64,000 bases of DNA. It comes from Podarcis muralis. Its lineage: Eukaryota. The stretch spans positions 101,742,001-101,806,000 of the forward strand of contig NC_135659.1 in NCBI RefSeq assembly GCF_964188315.1, written 5' to 3'. Below the pieces are notes generated by a model, which was not told where the DNA came from, ran no database searches, and saw only the letters and a list, made by a program, of their open reading frames with translations. This document shows, piece after piece, positions 40,101 through 52,120 of this stretch (positions are counted from its first letter, which is position 1; each line of letters opens with the position of its first letter). The translations under genes were made by a program, and so were the position numbers.

Positions 40101-42933
40101 GCCCCAGACCCTGGCTGCTCTCCTCTAGGGTGGGCGGCCCAGAGGCAGCCAGACATGGTTCCCCCCTCAGACCTTGAAGCAGAGAAGGGCGGTGGCCGCC
40201 TGAGGCAGCCCCTCTTTTCGTGAGGGCGGTTGCCTTCCCCTCTCCATCACCTCTCCCTCGGCTTGCCCTTTTTGCAGCACCGCATGAGGCCAGAGATCGC
40301 CCAGCTGCTCACCCCGCACATCTACCAGGACCTGGAGAACCATCCCTCGGTGCTCCGCTACGAGAACATCAAGGTGAGCATCTCTCCCCTCCCCTCGCCT
40401 CCGCCTGGCTGGCTGGCAGCCTTTGGCCAGGAGACTCTGCCCTGCCAGCTCAGCAGCCTCCTCTCCTCTCCTCCTCTCTGCTCAGGGCGTCTCCTCCAAC
40501 CTTTTCTTCGTGGAGCACAGCTTCCTCGAGCAGGAGATCCAGGAGGGCCGCAGCCACCAGAACCAGCACGAGGCCCAGTTTGTGGTGGAGCTGTGCCGCT
40601 ACCTGCTGCGCCAGGGCTACCAGCCCTCCCAGATCAGCATCCTCACCACCTACACGGGGCAGCTCTTTTGCCTGCGCCGCTTGCTGCCGGCCAAGGAGTT
40701 CCAGGGCGTCAAGGTCCACGTGGTGGACAAGTACCAGGGGGAGGAGAACGACATCATCCTGCTCTCCCTGGTGCGCAGCAACCTGGCGGGGCGGGTGGGC
40801 TTCCTGCAGATCCCCAACCGCATCTGCGTGGCCCTTTCCCGCGCCAAAAAGGGCCTCTACTGTGTGGGCAACATGGGCATGCTCAGCCAGGTGCCTCTCT
40901 GGAGCAGGATCCTGCACACTCTGCGCGAGAAGGGCCACGTGGGCCGGGCGCTGCGCCTGGCCTGCCAGAACCACCCGCAGACCAAGACGGACGTGGTGCA
41001 GGCAGAGGACTTCCGCCAGGTGCCTGAGGGGGGCTGCAGCGTCCCTTGTGACACCCGCCTGGGCTGCGGCCACGTCTGCCCCCGGGCGTGCCACCCCTAC
41101 GACCCGCAGCACAAGGAGCTCCGCTGCTTGAAGCCCTGCCAGAAGGTGCTGTGTGACAACGGGCACCGCTGCCCCGGGCTGTGCTGTGAGCCCTGCGGGA
41201 AGTGCCAGGTGAAGGTGCCCAAGACGGTGCCCAGCTGCGGCCACCAGCAACAGGTCCCCTGCTCAATGGCCGCCGAGGATTTCTGCTGCAAGGAGCCCTG
41301 CGGGAAAACCTTGGAGTGCGGGCATGCCTGCCGGCTCACCTGCGGCCAGCAGTGCGAGAGGCGCTGCCCAGAGCTGGTCCTGGCGACGCTACCATGTGGG
41401 CACAGCCAGGAGGTGCCATGTTCAGCAGCATCAGAGATGGCATACGGGCGTCCCATCCGCTGCAAGACGAAGTGCGACAGCATCCTGGAGTGCGGGCATC
41501 CTTGCCCAGGCTCGTGCCACACATGCTTTGGGGGCCGCTTCCACCAGCCGTGCCGGAGCCCCTGCAAGCGCCCGCTGGTTTGCGGCCACCAGTGCCGCCA
41601 GCCCTGCACCAGGGACTGCCCCCCGTGCCGCCAGCCCTGCCAGAACCGCTGCGTCCACAGCCGCTGCCCCAAGCAGTGTGGGGCGCCCTGCTCGCCCTGC
41701 ATGGAGCCCTGCGAGTGGCGCTGCCAGCACCACCAGTGCGGGCGCCTGTGCTCCGAGCCCTGTGACCGGCCGCGCTGCGACGTGCCCTGCCCCAAGCGCC
41801 TCCCTTGCGGGCACCCTTGCGCCGGGCTGTGTGGGGAGCCCTGCCCGCAGAAGTGCCTGACCTGTGACGCGGAGGAGCTGACGCAGATCTTCTTTGGCTG
41901 TGAGGATGAGCCGGACGCCCGCTTTGTGCAGCTGGAGGACTGTGGGCACATCTTCAGTGCGCTGGGCCTCGACCGCTACATGGATGGCGACGAGGAGGAA
42001 GAGGAAGGGGCTGTCCGACTGAAGGTGTGCCCCAGCTGCCAGACGCCTGTCCGGAAGAGCCTGCGCTACGGCACGTTGGTAAAGAGGAGCCTGGCAGAGG
42101 TGGAGGTGGTGAAGGGACGCATGCAGGGCAGCTCGGCGGAGATCGCCTCGGGCGCCCTCCAGCTGATGAGGGCGCTCCAGCAGGAGACCACCCTGAGGCG
42201 CCACCTGACCAGGCAGCACAAGCAGCTGAGGGAGAGGCTGGAGGACGACTCCCTCTCTGCCAGCACCCTGGGGCTGGTGGAGACCCTCTTTGGCTTCTAC
42301 GCACAGGTGGCAGGCCTGATGGCCGCTGTGGGAAAGCTGGCGCAGCAGGAGCAGGAGGGCGTGAGGAGGCGCCTGGCCGAGGTGGCCGGCTGGCTAGACC
42401 AGCCCCGCGACAGCTTCAGCGGGCAGCAGGTGTCTGAGCTGCGGACCGAGCTGCGGCGGACGACCTACCTGGTGGAGCTCCTGGCGAGGTGCAACACCGC
42501 TGGGGAGAAGGCGAGCCGGGCCCCGGGCACAGCGGAGCTGGTCAGCGCGGCCCGGAAGGTCCTGGAGGGGCCTGGCAGGTTCACCCCCGAGGCCGAGAGC
42601 GAGGCGAAGGCCAAGCTGAAGGAGCTGGAGGCTGTTCGGCCCACCGTCGCTGGGCTGGGCATCTCCGAGGAGGAAAGGAAGCAGATTGTGGCGGCCGTCA
42701 GCGGAGCCACCCGCGGGCACTGGTTCAAGTGCCGCAACGGGCACTTCTACGTCATTGGCGAGTGCGGGGGGGCCATGGAGACGACCCGCTGCCCGGAATG
42801 CCGGGAGACCATTGGGGGCGAGCGCCACACGCTGGAGTCCAGCAACCGGCTCGCCCCTGAGATGGACGGGGCAAACCACGCAGCCTGGTCCGAGGAGGCC
42901 AACCGCTTGAACGTGAATAATTACCTGCACTAG
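31312..42933 (+). CDS. ZNFX1: NFX1-type zinc finger-containing protein 1 (SF1 RNA helicase, NFX1 fingers, RZ finger), 13 coding exons, 1902 aa
   Basis: Exons 31312-31390, 32510-34282, 35532-35651, 35916-36064, 36646-36789, 37625-37730, 37858-38099, 38231-38370, 38989-39143, 39431-39576, 39686-39796, 40278-40373, 40486-42933 sum to 5709 nt. Motifs GPPGTGKT, EEAAE, GDHQQL, QHRM, VALSRAK, Cys-rich NFX1 repeats, C-terminal [21 protein letters not shown]. First exon inferred from phase match. Confidence 0.95.
31525..31750. mobile_element. Tigger-like MITE in ZNFX1 intron 1
   Basis: TIRs CAG(C/T)GGTACCTCGGGTTA; TA flanks. Confidence 0.85.
34700..35170 (-). mobile_element. Older Sauria-type SINE split by the younger SINE
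   Basis: ...GGTCCTAGTCTGACGCTC (ends 34888) continues as TAACCACTGCACCA (from 35147), the reverse-complemented tRNA-like head. Confidence 0.6.
34889..35146 (+). mobile_element. Sauria/Squam1-type tRNA-derived SINE, near full length
   Basis: A-box-like GTGGTGCAGTGG, B-box-like GGTTCGCTTC, body GGGTGACCTTGGGCCAGTCAC, (CTT)n tail. Inserted into an older antisense SINE. Confidence 0.8.
37070..37212. repeat. (CTAT)n tetranucleotide repeat followed by short (GT)n
   Basis: Read directly from the sequence. Confidence 0.95.
38420..38890 (-). mobile_element. CR1-type LINE fragment, antisense to ZNFX1
   Basis: Reverse complement of the CR1 ORF2 C-terminus and 3-prime UTR (GTGCCCAGAATTGGACACAG, CTTAAAAACCTCCAAGGA). 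Confidence 0.65.
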
Positions 42934-43388
42934 GAGGCCGCCCCCCCCCCTCATGGGAGCTGCTTTCCATAAAATATTTTAATATTTTTATCACGTATTA
43001 ATATTTTTTACCACATTTGGTCACCCTATCATGGTGGACTTGGTTCAATGAAAGAGTTGCAGAGCTTTTAACATGGCAGGAGTGGGTGAGATGAAACAAA
43101 CAGTAAGGTGAGCAGGTAAAGGCAACTCAGGGAGCTTCTCCTTGCTGTCTCTCGTCACCTGCCCTGCAGCTCCAGGAGCCACGTTCTGCTCCCCGCCTGC
43201 TCTGTCTTTTCCAAAGAAGCAAGATGACCAGTGTCAAAGTGCTTTTACAATCAAGTAGTATATCGCTTTTGTGAAACGTAATCACCCTGGGTGTCGGAGG
43301 GGCTGGGAATGGGCAGCGCAGGGCCCCACTCTCTGCTCATGGCGCCCCTGTCCTGACAACCCTCTGCCTGCCAGATTTTACTGTTGCA

Positions 43389-43394
43389 AATAAA
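43389..43394 (+). terminator. Probable poly(A) signal of ZNFX1
   Basis: First AATAAA I noted after the stop codon (~455 nt). Confidence 0.5.
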
Positions 43395-45189
43395 TTTGTC
43401 ATAGCGGATCCCCCGTTGTGCTTCTGAGTGTCTTTTCTGTGGGAGGACGGCACCCTTCTGTGGGGGCCAGCAAAGGGCTTGTGTCCTGGACGATGCCAAA
43501 GGTCCCCTCTGGGTAGGGCCGGAGCTGCTCCTGGGAGGGTGCCTGTGCCCGTGGGGCTCTCCCGGTTTGCTCCTGGAGCCCCCATGAAGAATGCCCTGTA
43601 GCTGGAGAGGGGCAAGACGGGGCTGTGGCCACAAGGGCCTTTCACCAGCTTCACCTGCTGTGATAGCTACGGCCATAACTGGGTCAGGATTGCTTGCCCC
43701 CTCTAGGCCATTGCCTGGTAAACTTGAGGCGGGATTACTGCAATGGGTTCTCTGCAGTGCGGCCCTTGGGAGGGCGCAGAATTCAGGGGACAAAACCAGC
43801 AGTGTGTGACATATCTGTTAAACAACGCATCTGGGATGGCTGCTCACATGCTACTGCATCCTGACTCATGTGTATATGCAAACCTTGAGCAACTTGAGCT
43901 CTGGCACCTCAAACTCCATCACAGATCATGGTGGGGGGGAGAGCTGTCCATTGTCCCCCATGATCCAGAGGCCCGACTGGGATCCCCCGGAAGCCAGGCA
44001 TGTGGTGTCTCTGGACCACTGCTGGGAAACTCCCAAGAGAGATGCAGCAGGCACCCTCTCTTTGCACTTCCAGGCATCTCTCAAAGGCACTTTTTGTGCC
44101 ACTGTTTACTATGTATTTCGAACAGCCAGTTACCTATATTTTGGTTTCTGAAATGGCGTTTTATGTTTTAACATTGTAACAGGGAGCACCCCACAATCAC
44201 CTAACCTTGACTCTCTTAGGTTCAGGTCGGGGTCACACACAAGAGCCTTCAGCCAGGAGATAGAAGCAAAAAAGCAGCCAGAAGCCCTGATCAATGGGTT
44301 ACATCCGTATTCCAAAGTTTCCCATAATACAAGAAAATGTGTGGTCTCAGGTAGAACCTGAGATCCAGGCATGCCCCTGTCAATTGCAGTACAAAGGAAA
44401 GCATTTACAGTTTCCAGATCCCCGAATCAAGTCAAATACACCCCTTTGTCTTGATGGGGCTTCATCCCACTGTGGGGCAGGTAGGCATTGTGATTGAGAT
44501 GGTTATCTGTCTGACATTCTTGGGGCAGCATATCACCAATCATGACTCCTGCGGATGTGACTGTACATCTTGGGGATTATGGTGGGCTCTCTCACCCTTC
44601 CCCTAATACCTCACTTCCCTGGGTCCTAAATACCATTGGAACTGAGAAGATTGATGCAGCGAGTGATTTCTTGTGAATTTCTAAAGATTTCCCATTGTAC
44701 CCAGAAACATTTATCCGTGAATTGCTGCATTTGGTATTGACACTTGCCCTGTTGGAGACCTAGGGCTGGGCAGGGAGTCGCGGGCTCCTGAGCTGAGCTC
44801 CCCTATCACCTTGCAGATGCGATCCCTTTGCAGAGATGTTGCTGTTCTTTTCTCTTGACGCGAGGGGTGGAAGGCAGGGAAATGCCTGTGTGTGAGTGAA
44901 TGGTTTGGTGATGTGCAGCGGAGAGACTGTGGCTTTGCCTGGTGGTGTGGAGAGGCAAGGCTCCGGGGGGGGGGGGGAGTCTCTCACCCCCTTCCAATTT
45001 CCCGGGAACAACATGGTGCACCATCCAGATAAGAAGGCAGGGCAGCCTAGCAATACTTTCGCAGGCACAGAAGGGTAGAGCTGGGAGGGACCCCCGCCCG
45101 CCCGCCCGCCCGCGCATCTGCTCCCCGCTTTGCAATGCAGGAATCCCAAGGAAGGAGCCGCGCAGCGAAGGGCTCTGCTCGGCCGGGCG

Positions 45190-45832
45190 CACGTGGAGGC
45201 GACTGCGCATGCGCCCCTCCCCTCCCGCAACTGCCTCGGCGAAGAGACTTCCGGAAGTGGAGCCGCTCGGCGTCGAGGGTTGCGGTGGCGAGGCTTCTTC
45301 ACCCACAGCTCCGGTTCCCTGCCGCGGGATGTAGGAGCCGCCATGTGCGGGGCAGGAGCGAGGGGTCGCACGGAAGGCAGCCCGGCAGCCGCTTCCAGGA
45401 AAGGCCGGCTTGGCTCCATCGTGTGGCTCATGGAGAACATTCATCTATTAATATTATTATTATTATTATTATTATTCTACATACATGCATACCCCCAGCC
45501 ACTCTGGGCGGCTTCCAACCAAATATAAAAAATGCAGTAAACCCTCAGACATGCCAAACTTCCCTGACTTTCCAGAGCGCGGGGATGCGCGGCTGGGGCA
45601 GCATCACTCCCAGGCGGGGCGGGGCGAGGCTGCCAGGATCCCCCCTTCCCTCCCTTCCCTCCCTCGGTGCCAAAGGTCCCTTGGCAGGCGGGCTGCATTA
45701 AGCGAGGGGCCGGCGAGGGCGCCCTGGGCTCCAGCCGCGCGGCAGCTCGACCAGTTGCCTGCCTGCCTGGCGGGCGGCGGGGAGCCGGAAGTGCGGCGCT
45801 GCTCCTCTTGGGCGCGGGCTGCTGGGGCGGCG
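45190..45832. promoter_or_regulatory. CpG-island promoter region upstream of CCNDBP1
   Basis: NRF1-type TGCGCATGCGC (~45204), palindromic ETS ACTTCCGGAAGT (~45247-45258), second CCGGAAGTG (~45785). Island interrupted by a retroposon tail at ~45450-45560. Confidence 0.7.
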
Positions 45833-46499
45833 ATGGCGGCGTCTCCCGGGTCTCCGGCGGGGCTGCGTCGGGTGCGGGAGGCCCTGAGCGCGGCGCTGGG
45901 CGAGCTGCGAGGTGCGCGCGGCCTCCGGGGCGGGCGGGGGCGGGGCTTGGCGGCGCTCTGCAGGCGCTCAGAGGCACGCTTCTCTTTCAGGCGGCGAGAG
46001 CCGGGAGGGCGCCGGAGGCTTCGAGGCCGGGCGCTTCTGGGAGGCCCTGGGTAGGTGCCGCCTTCGCGGAGACCCCTCGGGGCGGGGGGGGGGGAGGCTG
46101 CAGGGACCCCCCCCGGGATGGGCTGCCCCCCTTGGCCAGGGGGGGGGCCTCCCCTCGACACTCCCCCCCCCCGCCTCACCCTCCCGCCCTTCTCCGCAGA
46201 GGAAGCCTTCCAGGCCGCCTCGCAGGAAGCCACCAAGCTGAGCCTGGCCTTCTCGAGACCCCCGCCGCCTTCCCTCCAGGTGGGTGAGACCCCGTCCCTC
46301 TTTCCCCCTCCCATCCGGGGCATCTCTCACGCGGCTTATTCCCTGCAAGATTTTTCTGCCGGGGGGGGGGAGGGTTCAGTGACATAGGAAGGGGGTGCGG
46401 TGGGTGCAGGCCGCCCACTAAGGGGGGGTGTGACAAAAGGGGGGCATGGGGCTAGGGGAGTCTGAATTAACCTGACAGTTAAAAATGCCACAGGGAATA

Positions 46500-46530
<31 letters not shown>

Positions 46531-49500
46531 GTGGTGGTGATGGTGATGGTGATGATGTTGCTGGGTTGCCCCAGCCACTCTGGGCAGCTTCCAGCAGAAG
46601 GTTAAAAATACATTGAAACATCAGTCATTAAAAACTTCCCTAAACAGGGAATCTGCCTTCAGACGTCTTCTAAATGTCACATCGTTTTTTATTCCCAAAA
46701 TGAATGCCGAACAGAACAACACTCTATATTCCTGGAATCACTCAAGAGCAAAGGCGTGGCGGGGGGGGGGGGGACACACTGGGTGCCACACCGCGGGGCC
46801 TGCAGCATGCCCAAGCCATGTGTCTCTCCTGGGGGTGACTTGGTGGCTGGGGCGCCTGCAGGCTCCACGCTGGGGCGGTCCGGGTGGCCAGGCTCCATGC
46901 AGCGGCCCTGCCCCAGCTCACCCCACCCAGTGGGTGGCTTGCCCTGCCCCTGGGCAGAGGGCGCATCCAGCGCTCCAGGCACCTAGCAGCTGGCGAGGCC
47001 GCTGGGGGGGGGCGGGTCCTTCATTTGATCCATTCTTTGCTTTAATTTCACAGGCTTCCAATAATTCTCCCTCGATGCTCCCCAATCTCTCCCCCCCCCA
47101 TCCTGCCCAGCCTAGTTGTCGGAGCCCAGGGCCCTTTTTGCGGGGTGGGGGGAGCTGCCTTGTGAGCCAGGTAACCTTTGGGTGCTGTCCCCTTGCAGGA
47201 GCAGGAGAGCCTGGCGGGAGGGGTGCACAGCGCTGTCCTGGCAGCCGCCTCCGTGTATTACCAGCTCCCCAAGGGCCAAGGTGAGCAAGATGGGGCCCCG
47301 CGAGGCAGGGACAAGGGGGTTCTCTGGGGGGCAGCGTGTGAGGAGCAGGCCAGGGGGCAGGCACTAGCTTGGGCTCCTGCACCTTGTGCTGGCGAGAAAA
47401 GAAGAGTCCGAGAATTGTAGGGTTGGAAGGGGCCCTCGAGGGTCATCCAGTCCAGCCCCTCCAGGGCAGGAATAAAAGACGGAGAGGTAGCAGGGGAGGC
47501 GTCTTCGCTTCTCTGAAGGGCTGCCCCATGGAAGAGGAAGCCGGCTGGTTTTCTCCAGCTCTAGAGGGCAGGACCCAAAGCAGTGGGTTCAGTTGACAAG
47601 AAAGGAGATTCCGACTCAGCATTCAGAAGACCTTTCTGACAGGAAGAGCTGTTGGGCAGTGGAGCCGTCTCTCATAGAATTGGAAGGGACCCTGAGGGTC
47701 ATCCAGTCCAACCCCCTGCAGCTGTCCCTTACGGGGATCGAACCTGCCACCTCGGCCTTCTCAGCACCAGGCAGCTGAGCTATCCAGCTCAGACTCGCCT
47801 TCCTTGGAGGCTTTGGAGCAGAGATGGATGTTGCGGGTTCTGTAGCCGAGATTCCTGCATTGCAGGGGGTTGGACTGGATGACCCTCAAGGTCCCTTCCA
47901 ACCAGAAGCCTGAGATTTTATGCGAGGTCTTGGGGGGGGGGGGCTGCCTGCAGTCTCTGTGCGTGAGTGCCAAGGAGGCAGGGCAGCGGTGATGGGGCTC
48001 TCTTTGCCCCCTGCAGGGACCACCCTGCGCAGAGCAGTGCGCGATGCCACCGTGCAGGTGGTGGAGGGGATGATTCAGCTGATTGACGTCATCCTTCGGA
48101 CCCCCCTGCAGAGGTGAGCTGCTGCTTCCCGCCCTCACCTGCCCAGGGAATGCTGGGGGGAGGCAGGAGGTCCAGGACGTCTCTCCCCAGAGAGTGGGGC
48201 AACCTCCTCTGCCGCCCCCGTGGGCCACAAAAGTGGAGGCCCCCCTGGGCCTGGGGCCCCCTCCTGACGCTTCTCCGCTCTCCCTTGCAGCCTCTCGCAG
48301 GAGCAGCTTGTCTCGACGGGAGGCGTCTGGGAGGCCTGCAGCCGAGTTTTCAGGATGCCTCGAGGTGAGTCAGGGGTCACCCCAGGGCAGCCTGGGGGCA
48401 GGGCGGGGCAGAGCGAGGGACGCCCCCCCGGGCGCTGCCATTGCTGCTTCCCCTTCTTGCCTTGCTCCTCCTCCCTTTCTTCTCTCCCCACAGATAACCA
48501 GGCGGCTGTGACCCTGGCCATTACCCAGGCTCTGGGGATTGTCAATGACGCACTGGAGGAGATGAAGCAGGTGCGCAGGGAGGGGGGCTGTCGGGGGGGG
48601 CTGTCTGCCGGCTTCACTTGCAAGAGAGCAGGGGGTATCACTATCCCTATTCTGCAACTGGAAAGCCTCTAAGTTTGAAGCATCAGACCAATGGGTTTAA
48701 GCACAACATTTAGGTATCCTGAAATTGCATTTGCCTTTTCAGACGCTGCGTCACACGGTGGGCTCAGGTCAGAATGCAGATTGCCGGAATGTAAAGTCTT
48801 CTGAAATTGGGGTGGGGGTGTTTGTGCAGGGGGAGTAAATGGGCTCATGCCTTTCACGAAAGCCATATTGACCCTTGACGGAGCACCTCATTCTTTCCTG
48901 TTACTGGGCCCAGATAGTAAAATCTGCCTGTTTCTTAGTCCAAGCCCCCCCCCCCCCATAATGCAGCCTGCTCAGCCCATACTTAAACCTGGCACTGCCC
49001 CCCCCCCCTCTGGATGTGCCAATCTCCCCTCTGCCTCTTCTGCTGTGTGGCTTCTGGGGGCAGATAAGGGCATTTGGCCGCCCCACGCAGGCTAGAGGCA
49101 GCCCCTCCAGATAAGGGCTCCTGCCTTGCCTGGGCTGCCCTGATAGAGCCCCCACCCCTGGGCTTCGCCCCTCTGCTCTGGGCTCTTAATAGCTTATGCA
49201 GCCGCCATGAAAAACTGGCTTGGCTTTCCTGTAAATCTGCTCTACTGAGATATGAAGGGTTGTCAGAGGGAGCCTTTGGCCTAATAGAGGTTTGGGGTTT
49301 TTTTACATTTCATTAATTGACAAAATAAACCAAAGATAAGGCGCATACAGAAATACTCAGCAAGCTGAACGCAGCATGAGGATGGGCGTTAGCACTGAAC
49401 TTGTTATTCCAGAATAACAGGTTTATGGGAGAAAGGGGTAAACTGCTTTATATGTGTTATTTTATACTAACTTGGCTTGATCATAGCTACTACTGTCCAA

Positions 49501-51587
49501 ATTTTCTCAACCCATTCAGATACAGAAGGAGATATAATAGCTAAAAGTTAGGGGGGGGGAGCATAATTAAGCAGCAGGTCCAAGGTGTCACACCGCTCCT
49601 TGATCTAGTAGGGTTTTGACTGGATTCCCTCTTGCGCTGCAGACCTGGGAGTCCCCAGATGCACTGTGGTTGCCTCCACCTCCCCCCCCCCCCCGCCTGC
49701 ATTGGGAGCTGCCAGGCAGCATTGCAGGGGGCTGGACTAGATGACACCTGGAGTCCCTTCCAACTCCACAATCCTATCAGTCTTATTTCCTCCCTCCTTG
49801 CTTGTAATGCCTGACTGGGGAGGTTAGCAACTTGGTGGCCCCCCTGGTATTCCCGTGACTGGGACGGTGGATGCCCACCCCCTTCCCTGCCTGGGGGGGG
49901 GGGCGGGATGAGAGTGTGACTGGCACGTCCCTTTCGCTCAGGCGCAGACTGAAGGTGGAGACCCGTACAGTGATGTCCTGGAGGATGAGGACTTGGGCTC
50001 CCGGGCAAACAGGGACACTTACTGGTCAGCGGCTGACCGGCAGCTGCTTGGCCCCTGCCTGGGGCTGGTGAAGGCCGCCAAGATTTGCCTGAAGAGGGTC
50101 CAGGGGGCCGTCAGAGGCCGCGGAAGGACCGACAAGGCTGAGCAGCTGGCACAGTTAGACGACCTGGCCGACATTGCAGGAGACGTCAGCCCCAGGTGAG
50201 GCAGCCGGGGGAGCCTTGGGGGGATTGCTGTGGCCTAGGGGGTGGGCCAGGGCAGCAAGACCAGTCCCAACGCCCTCCCTGCAGGGTTGCTCCACTCTGT
50301 CCTTGGAAAGGCCCCCCCCCCAAGAGGGTTGCATGAGCCTGAGGAAGGGGGCGCCCAGGAGCCTTGCAGCCGAGTCCAGCGCATGCTGTGCTCCCTCAGG
50401 CTGCCTCTCTTTTGGGTTGGGGGCTGGGGGGGGGCAGGAAACGGCAAGGCACCCTCCCCTGACCCCTCCTCCCTTCCTGTTTTATTCTGCAGTGTGGACG
50501 AGTTGGTGCTGAGCACCTACCCCCCTGTGAACCAGCTGGCTCTGCGGCTGAATGTGAGTTGCCCATTGGGGCCGATGAAGCTTTTTAGGGGAAGCCTCTG
50601 GTCCTCTGCAGCTTTTGGGAGATCCTATTTCCCCACTTCAGCCCATGAGGGTGGGGGGCCTGGGACCCCCAAGATGCCTGCGGGAGAGAAGACTGTGCGA
50701 GCGGAGAGTTGCCCCTGGGGCTGTGGGGGCCTCTCCTGCCCCCTGGATGCCCCGTGGCAGATCGCCCTTCCCTTCCTCCTCTACCAAGCTGGGCTCCCCT
50801 TCCCTTCTCGGCCCTCGGCAAAGGCAGCCGTGTCTCTCTTGCGCAGAAATGGAGGAAGCTGTCGCTGAACCAAGGACGGCCCACGCTGTCTGGCCAGGGA
50901 GTCTCTGCGGTTTGAGGCCAGAGGGCCTCTTCCCCAGCCCTGCGTGGAGGTGCTGCTGGTCCTCCTCCCTGAGTTGGGACAGCCCTTCCCTCTGTTCAGG
51001 GGTGAAAGGTCAAGGCTGTGTCCGAGGGGCCGTACGGTGCCAGCCAGGGAGTGCCAAAGGGAGAAGCCCTTTTAAGAAGGCCTCACACTTGCCTGCCGGA
51101 CCTTGTGGCCAGCGGACCAGAAACCACCTGCTCCTGTTGGACTGTTTGTTTTCCTAGAAAAGGTGAAGTTCCAGGAGCGGCGGCTCTGGGCTTGACGTCT
51201 TGTTTCTTTCTAGGCTGCAAAGTTGGCGTCTGTGCTAAAGAAGATGTTGGAACTGACCAGGTGAGCAGGGCAGCCTCTCCTCTGTCTCTGCCACTTCCGC
51301 CTGGGGGGGGGGGCGGGCAGAGGGGCACAGCTGGTGGGTAAACGGTTTCCGTCTTAAAGACATAGCCAGCCTTTTGCTGCAGTGCAATCGCCCTCGATGC
51401 TGGGACTGGGGGCCTTGTCAGGGTGGCCCCCCATCGCTCACCTGCATCTCTCTCTTTCCCTCTCTTCTCCCTCCCCAGCGCCAGCTTTGTCTGCCCTCCG
51501 TCGGAAGAGAACTGGGTGCAGTTCCTGGCCGGGGCAGTTGACCACAACATGGACAAAATCAAAGAGCTCACCCAAGGGCTCCTTTGA
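45833..51587 (+). CDS. CCNDBP1: Cyclin-D1-binding protein 1 (GCIP), 11 coding exons, 339 aa
   Basis: Exons 45833-45911, 45991-46050, 46200-46279, 47199-47280, 48017-48113, 48291-48364, 48494-48570, 49942-50195, 50493-50553, 51214-51260, 51479-51587 sum to 1020 nt. Motifs VYYQLPKGQGTTLR, DTYWS, SPSVDELVLSTYPP, AVDHNMDKIKELTQ match recalled CCNDBP1. Confidence 0.93.
46498..46690 (-). mobile_element. L2-like 3-prime tail with (GAT/GGT)n microsatellite
   Basis: CCCAGCCACTCTGGGCRGCTTCCA motif also at ~4520, ~31485 and ~45495, most with a simple-repeat tail. Confidence 0.6.
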
Positions 51588-51712
51588 TGGGACCCCCTGT
51601 GCGAGGGGTGCTGGACCCATGGGTGCCTGCTTCTGTGGCTGCCTGCAGAAGAGGGAGGAGGCAGGACTCCTGCGGGGCCCCATAGCTGCTGCCCCTGTGC
51701 TCTGGGGTGGGC

Positions 51713-51718
51713 AATAAA
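51713..51718 (+). terminator. Poly(A) signal of CCNDBP1
   Basis: AATAAA 126 nt after the stop codon. Confidence 0.75.
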
Positions 51719-52073
51719 GTCCCCCCTGTGCTTGTGCTGGCCAGGCTCCTGCGCTAGAGAAAGTCTTGTGTGCTCCTGATCATTTATAGCGCCTCACCCA
51801 TGCCCCTGGGGCTTCACAAAGCACCGGAGGAAGCCAGGTCTCTGCCCCAAGGAGATTGCAGGCCGAGACGTAATGCAGAGGGAGGAGGGAGCCGCACAGG
51901 CACCGCTTGTCCTTTGGCTCTACCTGCTAAACAGCAGTGCAGGAGAGCAGCCAGCTTGCTTTCGGGACAGGGGAGTTGCTGCTTTTGGAAAGAGCTCCCC
52001 CACAGCCCCTCTTCTGCTGGTGCTGGGCTGATGAAGAAGGAGCCACGGTCTGAGGGGTGTCACTCCAAGTGCA

Positions 52074-52079
52074 TTTAAT
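52074..52079 (-). terminator. Probable poly(A) signal of EPB42
   Basis: ATTAAA on the minus strand ~42 nt after the stop codon. Confidence 0.55.
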
Positions 52080-52120
52080 GGTAATGCGGGGGGTGGGGGT
52101 CCTGTTGCTTTGGAGAAGCT

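Noticed and set aside
40450-42954. Several 180-290 aa alternative-frame and antisense ORFs over the last ZNFX1 exon
   Set aside because: Shadows of a GC-rich coding exon.
46336-46578. Poly-His ORF
   Set aside because: Translation of a (GAT/GGT)n microsatellite.
47720-47790. tRNA-like sequence (also ~58830-58890)
   Set aside because: SINE head with a B-box only; no cloverleaf or acceptor stem.
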